Positions 1-10,316 of a stretch of DNA of 64,000 nt are shown in pieces (the stretch's first letter is position 1; each line of letters begins with the position of its first letter). The translations under genes and the position numbers were made by a program. The DNA is taken from contig NC_043019.1 in assembly GCF_006345805.1 (NCBI RefSeq), positions 10,973,360-11,037,359 on the forward strand, written 5' to 3'. This stretch comes from Octopus sinensis (lineage: Eukaryota). Below the pieces are notes generated by a model. It saw only the letters and a program-made list of their open reading frames with translations. It had not been told where the DNA came from and searched no databases.

Positions 1-459
1 CATACATAACATACATACATAACATACATACATAACATACATACATACATACATACATACATACACACACATGCACACACATACACACATATATACACAC
101 ATACATACACACACAGATACACACGTACACACACACATACATACATACACACATACACACACATACATACATACATACAAACATACACACATACATGCAC
201 ACATACATACACACACACACACACACTCCTATTTTTAACATACCATTAATTACACAGTTTGCATGCACACATGCTTACATTCACACACATAAATTTACAT
301 ATGTGTGTGGTGTGTGTATATATATGGGAATATGTGTGTCTGTATATATACATACAGACACACACACATCTGTTTTCTACATATTAACTGCACAATTTGC
401 ATCAACGCATGCATACACACACACGCACAAAATTAACCATACAGTTTCCATCAGCATGT

Positions 460-498
<39 letters not shown>
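1..498. repeat. Compound (CATA)n/(CA)n microsatellite
   Basis: Directly visible simple repeats; source of the HT/HI-rich pseudo-ORFs. Confidence 0.95.
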
Positions 499-499
<1 letters not shown>

Positions 500-993
500 T
501 CATCAACGCACACAGAGTTCTGTGTATACACACTGCTAATTTTATAGTTTGCAGTTTCTCACACGAAATTGAAAAGAACAACAACAAAAAGATTGAAGGA
601 TGAACTATATTCGGATAAAACTAGATAAATTCTCTTTATTTCTTCAGTTCTATGACGACGATGATGATGATGATGGTGGTGGTGGTGGTGGTGGTGGCTG
701 TGTCGATGGTTGTGGTGTTGTAAGGTTGTGGAGGTGATGTTGGTGTTGTTGTTGTTGTTGGCATTGGTGGTTGGTAATTGCGGTGTTGGTGTTGGTGGCA
801 GGGAAAGGAAATTCCTTACGTGTGAAACTCAACTGTAGAAATTGGTAACAGTCAGTCGAGGGTGGTTGTGGTGGTGGTGGTAGTGAGGTTGGTTTTCCTG
901 GTTGGAGGTGAGAGGCTGAATACCATCCAGATTTATGTGTATATAACCACCATACCTCTGAATTTGATTTCCACTTTAGCTTCAGGTTTATTA

Positions 994-1037
<44 letters not shown>

Positions 1038-1045
1038 GTTATTAT

Positions 1046-1220
1046 TTACTCTCTTTTACGTGTCACAGTCGTTTGACTGCGGCCATGCTGGAGCACCAAC
1101 TTTAGTCGAGCGAATCGACCCCAGGACTTATTCTTTGTAAGCCTAGTACTTACTCGATCGGTCTCTCTTGGAGTGTGTATGTGTGTATGTATGTATGTAT
1201 GTGTGTGTATGTCTGTGTGC

Positions 1221-1252
<32 letters not shown>

Positions 1253-1655
1253 GTATGTAAACACCCCAGCATCGGTTGTCAAGCGATGTTGGGGGGGGGC
1301 AAATACAGACGCACAAACATATACACACACACATACATATATTAGCATGGGTTGGATGGTTTGACTGAGGGCTGGCGAACCAGATGGCTGATCAAGGTTG
1401 GAGCCTGGTGCAGCCATCTGGTTCGCCAGCCCTCAATCAAACCATCGAACCCATGCTAGCATGGAAAGTGGACATTAAATGATGATATACGACAGGCTTC
1501 TTTCAGTTTCCGTCTACCAAATCCACTCAGGAGGCTTTGGTCGGCTCGAGGCTATAGTAGAAGACACTTGCCCATGGTGCCACGCAGTAGGAATGAACCC
1601 GGAACCATGCAGTTCGTAAGCTAGCTACTTACCACACAGCCACTCCTGCACCTAT
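1046..1655 (-). mobile_element. tRNA/CORE-like SINE (family A) with internal microsatellite and nested fold-back fragment
   Basis: On the minus strand: head GGAGTGGCTGTGTGGTAAGTAGC, CORE-like GGCACC.TGGGCAAGTGTCTT, central (CA)/(TA)n, tail ...CAGTCAAA.GACTG...GTAAAAGAG; same layout recurs more than 15 times in the window. Confidence 0.85.
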
Positions 1656-1662
1656 ATATGTA

Positions 1663-1693
<31 letters not shown>

Positions 1694-2021
1694 TGTGTGT
1701 CTGTTTGTCATCCACCACAGCTTGACAAACAGGTTCTGGTGTGTTTACATCTCCGTAACTTAGTGGTTTGGCAAAAAGAGACCGATAGAACATGTACCAG
1801 GCTTAAAAAAAAAAAGAACTTGGGTCAATTCATTCGACTAAAAAATTTTTCAAGGTAGTGCCCCAGCATGGCCACAGTCTAATGACTGAAACTAGGAAAA
1901 AGATAAAGGTTATACCTGCAGAGCTATCATCACCTTTGATGATGATGATGATGTATTGATGTAACTGATGTTGCGGTCACTTGCTAGACATTAATGTTGT
2001 TGTTGTTCTCTCTCTCCGCAG

Positions 2022-2139
2022 GACACCGATGTCGTCGTATTCCCAGATATTCGACCAGTGAGTAGTCACCATTATCTTGTTACCCCAAAGCAACATATAC
2101 GAGATGCAAAACACCTAACAAGCGAGAATATTGGACTTG
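2022..2139 (+). CDS. HINT3: Histidine triad nucleotide-binding protein 3, internal coding exon (first exon visible in window)
   Basis: Acceptor tctctctccgcag (AG 2020-2021), donor gtaagt at 2140; 118 nt, phase 0 to 1; DTDVVVFPDIRPVSSHHYLVTPKQHIRDAKHLTSENIGL matches the HINT3-type F.DI.P...HHYLV.PK.HI block. Upstream exon not found in window. Confidence 0.95.
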
Positions 2140-2245
2140 GTAAGTTACATTTAAGCCGTCCGTCCGTCCGTCTGCCTCTCGGTCCATGTCTGCCAGCCTG
2201 TCAATCCGTCTATCCGTCTATCTGCCTATATATCTGTCTCTCTTA

Positions 2246-2478
2246 AGGCGGTGAGCTGGCAGAACCGTTAGCACGCCGGGCGAAATGCGAAGCTGTATTT
2301 TGTCTGCCGTTACGTTCTGGGTTCAAATTCTGCCAAGGTCGACTTTGCCTTTCATACTTTTGGGGTCAATAAATTAAGTACCAGTTACGCACTGGGGTCA
2401 ATATAATCGACTTAATCCGTTTGTCTGTCCTTGTTTGTCCCCTCTGTGTTTAGCCCCTTGTGGGTAGTAAAGAAATAT
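2246..2478 (+). mobile_element. tRNA-derived SINE (family C)
   Basis: GGCGGTGAGCTGGCAGAACCGTTAGCACGCCGGGCGAAATG ... GTTCAAATTC B-box ... GTCGACTTTGCCTTTCAT ... GGTAGTAAAGAAATA; many copies in window. Confidence 0.85.
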
Positions 2479-2754
2479 ATATATCTGTCTCTCTGTCTGG
2501 CTATTTGTTTGGCTGGCTGACTATCCATCCATCTATCTACCTATCCATCTATTTAGCAATATATGTATCTTGCTATGGCTGTCTGTCTATCTGTATGTAT
2601 GTATCTGTCTGTCTAACTATCCATCTATCCATCGACACGTCTGTCTGTCTGTCCCTCCCTATACAAACCCCTTGATTCCTCAGTAACTAATTCTCACTGT
2701 CATTAAAATCACATTTCTGGTCAGTCTTGTTTTTTGTCCATTCATTAAAGTTTG

Positions 2755-2965
2755 GAAGGACACAATAGATAATGCAGTTATTACAGAGAAGCACTAAGTG
2801 AAAAATAGAAAACTGTAGTTGGCATTAGGTGACCTGGAGAAAGCCTTTGAACGGGTCTCTGGCTCCCTCATCTGGTGGTCCATGTGGAAGCTAGTTACAA
2901 ATGAGTGGTTGATGGGAGCTGTCTAGACTTTGTACAGGGATGCTGTAAGGTAAAAGTCAGCAACA
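2755..2965 (+). mobile_element. RTE LINE RT fragment (inverted copy of 4511-4705)
   Basis: Reads DLEKAFERV..LIWWSMWKL..EWLM.AV.TLYRDA, a decayed DLEKAFDRV RT motif. Confidence 0.8.
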
Positions 2966-4705
2966 AAGTCATTCCCATGTCTTCCTGGGTCTTCCTCTTT
3001 TACAGTATCCCTCCATATTTAGAGATTGATACTTCTTCATGCAGCTGTCTTCATCTATATGCATCGTATGACCATAAGGGCACAGTCTTCTCTTCTGCAC
3101 ACTACATCTGATGCCTCTTACAACCCAATTTTTCTCTTAAAACATTTACATGTACATGCACACAGACAATACCCATCCAGTGGAGCATACTGGTTTCATT
3201 TCTTTCAGGCTTTCTTATGTCCTCAGTGGTCACAGCCCATGTCTCACTTCCATGTAGCATAGCTGTTCATTCATAAACATCATACAATCTGCCTTTCATT
3301 CTGAGGGAGAGGAGTGGCCCTTTTGTTACCAACAAAGGTAATAGCTTTTTGAACATTTCCCCAGCCAGTTCTTATTCTAGCAATTACACTTTCAGAGCAA
3401 CCCCCACTGCCGCTAACTTGGTCACCTAGGTAACAGAAATTACCTGCTACTTCTAAGGAGCCCCTTCATGGACATTTGAGGAAATCTATTTCTTAATGTT
3501 TAATGTACCTGTATATGCGTCCCACACACAAAGACTACTTTGTTTGTGAACTTTATTGTCACTGCACTTCTTGATGTGTTCATAGCTTGCATTGGATACC
3601 CTGTAATTGAATTTTTACCTGCATCTTTTCTGCATATCAAACAGGCCAATTTCTCAGAAGCGATTAGTAATTTTTCTGCTTTCTTGCTTACTAGCACTGT
3701 GGTCTTTTTTCTAGGTTAACTCTAAGGCTCTTTGATTCCAGGCCTTGTTTTCACACCTGAAATTTCTTCTCTAGTTCTAGTAGGGATTCAGCTATAAGAA
3801 GAAGTCAAAACTATTGAGAGTTAAAACTATTGAAAAGGTTGCAAGACGCAACGAAAATTTTAGGAAAATAAAAGTAAGAAAAAAGGGGAAATTTTACCGG
3901 TGAGTGTGTTATATTATAAGGCACCAAAAGAAAATGACTCTCCCCAGACACAACAGTATAAGAAGAAGGTTATTGGCATAGAGGAGCTCCCATGGGCAAC
4001 CGGTCTTACATTCCTCTGTTATGGCCTGGAGGACTGTGATAAACAAGAGGTGGGTGGCTGAGAGCTGATCCATACAAAATTCATTGCTATACTTGTTAAT
4101 AATAATAATAATAATAATAATAAGACATTGTGTACAGTGCTCAGGTGCACTACAACTCATCTAAAGTGTATGTATAATCAGGTGTAGTTTCGGCGGATTT
4201 TGGAAAGCATGAGGGCCTTAAAGGATGCAGTGTCATGGCAGTCAACAACTGACTCAGGCAGTTTGTTCTATGCTTCAGCAACTCTGAGCGTGAAAAAAAT
4301 GTTTCCGAAAGTCATGGGAGCTGTGTTGTTTTCTGACTTTGTAGGCATGTCCACATGTGTTAGACACATGAAGATCAAAAAGGTGTTCAGTGTTGTTGTT
4401 GGTGAGGTGGTTGATAACTTTGTGGGTGTTTACCAAGTCCGTCGCCAGACGCCGGAGCTTCAGTGAATCCATGCCCAGGGAAACAAGGCACTCAGAGTAT
4501 GGTAGGTGTCTGTTGCTGATTTTTACCTGACAGCATCCCTGTACATAGCTTAGACAGCTCCCATCAACCACTCATCATGGACCACCAGATGAGGGAGCCA
4601 GGGACCCTTTCAAAGGCTTTCTCCAGGTCACCTAATGTCAGCTACAGTATTCTATTTCTCACTTAGTGCTTCTCTGTAATAACTGCATTATCTATTGTGT
4701 CCTTC
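2966..4705 (-). mobile_element. Decayed RTE LINE ORF (RT to C-terminus), interrupted by a CR1 fragment
   Basis: Minus-strand frames give LFITVLQAITEECKTGCPWELLYANN (decayed YADD), a Cys-rich CLICRK..GKNSI insert, GSETWAVTAED-like and RGRPRKTW motifs typical of RTE; frameshifts and stops throughout. Confidence 0.85.
4098..4510 (-). mobile_element. CR1-clade LINE 3' fragment with (ATT)n tail
   Basis: LPYSE.LVSLGMDSLKLRRLATDL...GHAYKVRKQHSSHDFRKHFF, the characteristic CR1/L2 C-terminus; tail at 4098-4122. Confidence 0.85.
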
Positions 4706-4779
4706 GAAAGTGTGGCTTGAATGAAATTCCAGTGTTACCAGCAGGTCAAACAAGCGATCATAGAATGGAAGGGAATGGG

Positions 4780-5021
4780 TGTTGGTGGTAACGATAGGGG
4801 GTGATGATGGTGATGGTAATGGCGGTAGTGATGGTGGTGTTGGTGATGAAAGTGATAACGACAGTAGTTGGATCGGTAGTGGCATGTCAGGTGTTGTAGT
4901 GGTAGAAGTTGGTGGTGGTTCTGTTAATTGTGGTTGGTGGCAAAGATCATGATGGTAGCAGCGATGGTAGTGGTGGTGGTGGTGGTTGTAGTGCTGCTGG
5001 TAGTTGTGGTGGCAGTACAAT

Positions 5022-5074
<53 letters not shown>

Positions 5075-5495
5075 TGGTGGTGGTGGTGGTGGTGGTGGTG
5101 GTGGTGGTGGCAGTAGTTGCGGTGGTGGTGGCGATGGTAGTGATGATTATGGTAGTGGTAGTGGTGGGGTGGTGGGTGTGGTGGTGGTGGTGATGATGAA
5201 TAATTAAACATTGGTAATACAAACAGAATATTACAATTTTTGTTTATTGATTGATGTTGTTGATGTTGTTGTTGGCTCTGCTGTGTGTATACTAGTGTGG
5301 ACTGGGAATTATTTGTTCCTCTACAAACACACAAACACATATATACACTACTACTATACGTTTGCTTATGAATAAAATATGAATGAGTTATCCATGTGTA
5401 TACACATATACTTATACCTATAAGTGTGTGTATATATATATATGTATATATACATATGTATGTATATATATATATATGTGTATTATATATATATG

Positions 5496-5533
<38 letters not shown>

Positions 5534-5838
5534 TATGTATGTATGTATATATATATATGTATGTATATATAATATATTATATATATGTGCTATATATATA
5601 TGTGTATATATATATATATATAATATGTATATATATATATATGTATGTGTATATATATATGTGATAATATATATATATAATATATGTCTATATATATATA
5701 TGTATGTATAATATATATATGTATATATATATATATATATGTATGTATATATATTATACACACATATACGTATATATATACATACAATATATATATGTAA
5801 TATATATACGTATATATATACATACACATATATATATG

Positions 5839-5874
<36 letters not shown>

Positions 5875-5920
5875 TATATAGATATATATATATACACACA
5901 TACATATATATACACACACA
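4780..5920. repeat. Degenerate GGT/GAT triplet repeats followed by a long (TA)n/(TATG)n tract
   Basis: Directly visible. Confidence 0.9.
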
Positions 5921-6774
5921 CGTGTGTGTTGTGTGTATTTAGTGTTATACATTTACAGTTGTGTGTAGAAACACAGTCACACACACACTTGTAAAAGTGT
6001 GTAATATCAAACACAAACGTACACACACGTGCGCATAACAATATACATGAGTATACACACACACACACACACCACGATATCACTAACAAAACATGGACAT
6101 GCACACACACATGCTATCGCTATTGTGTTTGCCTGCCTCCTCCCCCATCATCCCTCGCCCGCACCACCACCACCACCGTCACCTCAACCTGACACTATTT
6201 TTCGCACATTTTCCAGAATGTTCTATCCTGAATGTCTCCAATACAATGACACATGTAACCCTTTCTTACATGCAGCCAATGTTATTCAACAGTGAATATA
6301 TTAACCCATATTTTGACAAATGTGTGTTATTCTTCTTATCCTTGTTGTTGCTGTTGCTGCTGTTGTTGTTGTTGATGATGCTATTGTTGTTGTCCATCCT
6401 CAACCAGTTTAGAAAGATTAATGCTCGGATAAAAGCTGAACTGTGAAGCAGATCTTCTCAAGGCCCCCCGCACGCGCTCGTCGCTATTGCACATGCGTCC
6501 GTTGCACAAGCGTCTCTCTCTCTCTCCCGGTCAGCGTTCACAAACCGTTTGTTGTTTTGTCCGATCGATATCGACGAATTTCCTGTCCATTCAACATCGA
6601 TTAAAAACTGAGTCAGTGAGAGAACCGCTACGTGGTCACTGACCTGCATGAAATAATGGCCAAGTTCTCCTTCAAATTACACCCCACAGTCATAAACGCA
6701 GTTCTAAAGAAGCTGTATCTTTAACCTCTTTAGTTTTCAGATTATTTCGTCGAGTGTAATGCTTATTTACTCCT

Positions 6775-7025
6775 TTTACTCTTTTACTTGTTTCAGTCAC
6801 GTGACTGTGGCCATGCTGGAGCACCGCCTTTTTAGTCGACCAAATCGACCCCAGACTTATTCTTTGGAAGCCTAGTACTTATTCTATCGGTCTCTTTTGC
6901 TGAACTGCTAAGTTTCGGGACGTAAACACACCAGCATCGGTTTTCAAGCGATGTTGGGGGACAAACACCGACACACAAACATATACACACACATGCATAC
7001 ACACACACCTATATATATATATATA

Positions 7026-7072
<47 letters not shown>

Positions 7073-7497
7073 CCGGAGTAAACACATAAATGTGAAACAA
7101 GGTGGGAAAAGAGTACTCAAATGCCAGGGATAGAGTAATATGCTTTATTTAAAAGCAGCAGAAAATTCAACGAAACCTGTTACTCTGAGTTTCACGTTCC
7201 CATTTGTCGGACAGTTTTTGCTAGAAAAAAACTGTCCGACGAATGGGAATGTGAAACTCAGAGTAACAGGTTTTGTTGAATTTTCTGCTGCTTTTAAATA
7301 AAGTATATATATATATATATATACATATATACGATGGGCTTCTTTCAGTTTCCGTCTACCAAATCCACTCACAAGGCTTTGGTCGGCCCGAGGCTATAGT
7401 AGAAGACATTTGCCCAAGGTTCCATGCAGTGGGACTGAACCCGGAACCATGTGGTTCGTAAGCAAGCTTCTTACCACACAGCCACTCCTACGCCTAT
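6775..7497 (-). mobile_element. Family A SINE with a hammerhead fold-back element inserted in its central (TA)n
   Basis: SINE 3' half 6775-7000, (TA)n, insert 7072-7305, (TA)n, SINE 5' half 7330-7497. Confidence 0.8.
7232..7269 (+). ncRNA. Minimal type I hammerhead-ribozyme-like motif (U4C core); mirror copy at 7177-7214 on minus strand
   Basis: CTGT-CCGACGA-ATG GGAA TGT-GAA-ACTC A GAGT-A-ACAG: stem I CTGT/ACAG, stem II reconstructible as ACG/CGT from the two arms, near-palindromic stem III. Confidence 0.6.
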
Positions 7498-7666
7498 TTA
7501 TTCACATTGTTTTGAATTAATCATGGCATATCTTGTAGGTTTGAGATTTTGATGATGTTATTATTTATTTTTAGCATGGCATTGTAGGATTAATGTAAGA
7601 GGCTGGATCCAGTCAGTTTGAATGTAAAACAAGTAGAATATTTTGGGTTGGATATGGCTGGTTTAA

Positions 7667-8343
7667 CCCTTTTAATACCAACCCGGCTGAAACCGGTCTG
7701 GCTCTGAGTACAAATGTTTCGTTTTCATAAGTTTTGAATTAAAATCTTCCACCAAACCTTAGTCACAATTTATGTTTCTGACACTAGCTGAATGATAACT
7801 AGGTGATTTTACTAAATTCTTTGTTATATTTAAAATTAATTGGAAGAAACACAGAACATCTCAACAGAAATAAGGTAACAAAAGGGTTAAAGTCACCATG
7901 ATATTTTTAACTCTTTTGATACCAACCCAGCTGAAACTGCCTCTGGCTCTGAGTACAAATATCTTGTTTTCATAAGTTTTGAATTAAAATCTTCCACCAA
8001 ACCTTAGTCACAATTTATGTTCCTGACATAAGCTTAATGATAACTAAGTTATTTTACTAAATTCTTTGTTATATTTAACCCTTTCATTACCATATTTCTG
8101 TTGAGATACTCTGTGTTTCTTTCAATTAATTTTAAATATAACAAAGAATTATTAAACTAATGTAGTCATCATTAAGCTAATGTTAGGAACAAATTGTGGC
8201 TAAGATTTGGTGGAAGATTTTAATTCAGATCTTTTGAAAACAAGACATTTGTATTACAGAGCCAGAGGCGGGTTGGTATCAAAAGGGTTAAAGTAATTGA
8301 AAGAAACACAGAGCATCTCAAAATAAATACAGTAACGAAAGGG
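7667..8343. mobile_element. Three piggyBac-like MITE copies (about 220 bp, TTAA|CCCTTT...AAAGGG|TTAA)
   Basis: Copy 1 7667-7886 with TTAA on both sides; copy 2 7911-8074 plus 8292-8343; copy 3 inverted at 8079-8287 in a TTAA inside copy 2. Confidence 0.8.
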
Positions 8344-8922
8344 TTAAAAGAGACGGGATGGTCATTACTGGAGTGCCATTTTTTTTTCTTGCAAGTATGC
8401 TCAATCAAGTGAGTCTCAGAATGGAGTATTGCTTCCACAGTTGTTAAATACCAACTGGGAATTTCATCTTGGATTACTAACCTCATGTTGATTTCTACTT
8501 TTGTGTAGGTTCGAGTGTGGCTGTGTGGTTAGAAGTTTGCTCCACACAGAACTGTGCTCCAACCATGTAGTTCTGAGTTCAAACCCACTGTATGATACCT
8601 TGGGCATGTCTTTACCGTTGCCTATTGCTTTGGATTGGCCAAAGCTATGTGAGCAGATTTGGTAGATGGAAACTGAAAGAAGCCTGTCATATATATATCA
8701 TCATCATCATCATTTAATGTACGCTTTCCATGCTAGCATGGGTTGGACGATTTGACTGAGGACTGGTGAACCAGATGGCTGCGCCAGGCTCCAATCTGAT
8801 CTGGCAGAGTTTCTACAGCTAGATGCCCTTCCTAACGCCAAGACAGAATTTTATGTGTGTGTGTTGTGTGTGTGTGTGTACATATGAGAGGGTACTGAAA
8901 AGTTCCTGAACAATGCATATGC

Positions 8923-8985
<63 letters not shown>

Positions 8986-9104
8986 TGGGAGGGAGAGTTG
9001 TGTGAGAGAGAGAGAGAGGTGGGGGGGAGGGAGAGTGTGAGTGAGAGAGAGAGGGGGATGGAGAGTGTGAGTGAGTGAGAGAGAGAGGGGGAGGGAAGGA
9101 GAAT

Positions 9105-9148
<44 letters not shown>

Positions 9149-10261
9149 GGTGCTGAAAAGTCCTTGGCTTTGGGTAAAAGAAAATACAGGAGGATCAGTT
9201 AATTATGATTTTAATCTACATATTCCCCTCTCACATTAACACACTTCAGTCAATTACATTGCCTCCAGTGCTTGGTTGTTACCTGTTTTATTGACCCTGA
9301 GAAGATTGAAGGTAAAGTTGACCTCAGTGGAATTTGAACTCAGAATGCAAAGATAGATGGAAAGCCACTAAGCATTTTTTGTCTGGCATGTTAATGATTC
9401 TACCAGCTCACTACATCATCATCATCATCATCATCGTTTAACGTCTGTTTTCCATGCTAGCATGGGATTCTTCATAATAATACTTCCCACTAGAGGCACA
9501 AGGCCTGAAATCTTTTTTGGTTGATTAGGTTGACCCCCAGCGCTCAACTGGTACTTATTTTATTGACCCCGCCGAAAGGATGAAGAGCAAAACTGGCCTT
9601 GGCAGAATTTGAACTCAGAATGTAAAGTTGGAAGAAATGCTGCTAATGATTCTACTAGCTTGTTACCATAAATAATAATAGTATAGGTTTCAAATTTTGG
9701 CACAGGGCCAGCAATTTTAGGAAGTGGGGTAAGTTGATTACATCAACCTCCAGTGTACAACTGCTACTTATTTTATCGACCCCAAAAGGATGAAAGGCAA
9801 AGTCGACCTCAGTGGAATTTGAACTCAGAATGTGAAGATGGATAAAATGCTGCTAAGGTGTAGAAGTGGCTGTGTGGTAAGTAGCTTGCTTACCAACCAC
9901 ATAGTTCTGGGTTCAGTCCCACTATGTGGCACCTTGGGCAAGTGTCTTCTACTGTAGCCTCTGGCCGACCAAAGCCTTGTGAGTGGATTTGTTAGACGGA
10001 AACTGAAAGAAGCCCATCGTATATATGTATATATATATATATATATTATATGTGTGTGTCCGTGTTTGTCCCCCCTACATTGCTTGACAATAGATGCTGG
10101 TGTGTTTACATCCCCGTAACTTAGCAGTTCAGCAATAAGTCCTGGGGTCGATTTGCTTGACTAAAGGCGGTGCTCCAGCATGACCATGGTCAAAGGACTG
10201 AAACAAGTAAAAGAATAAAGCATTTTACACAGCATGTTAATGATTCTGCCAGCTTGTCATT

Positions 10262-10316
<55 letters not shown>

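Noticed and set aside
520-1000. Search for the upstream HINT3 exon (CxFC N-terminus)
   Set aside because: No frame with the expected motif and a phase-0 donor; the exon is presumably upstream of the window.
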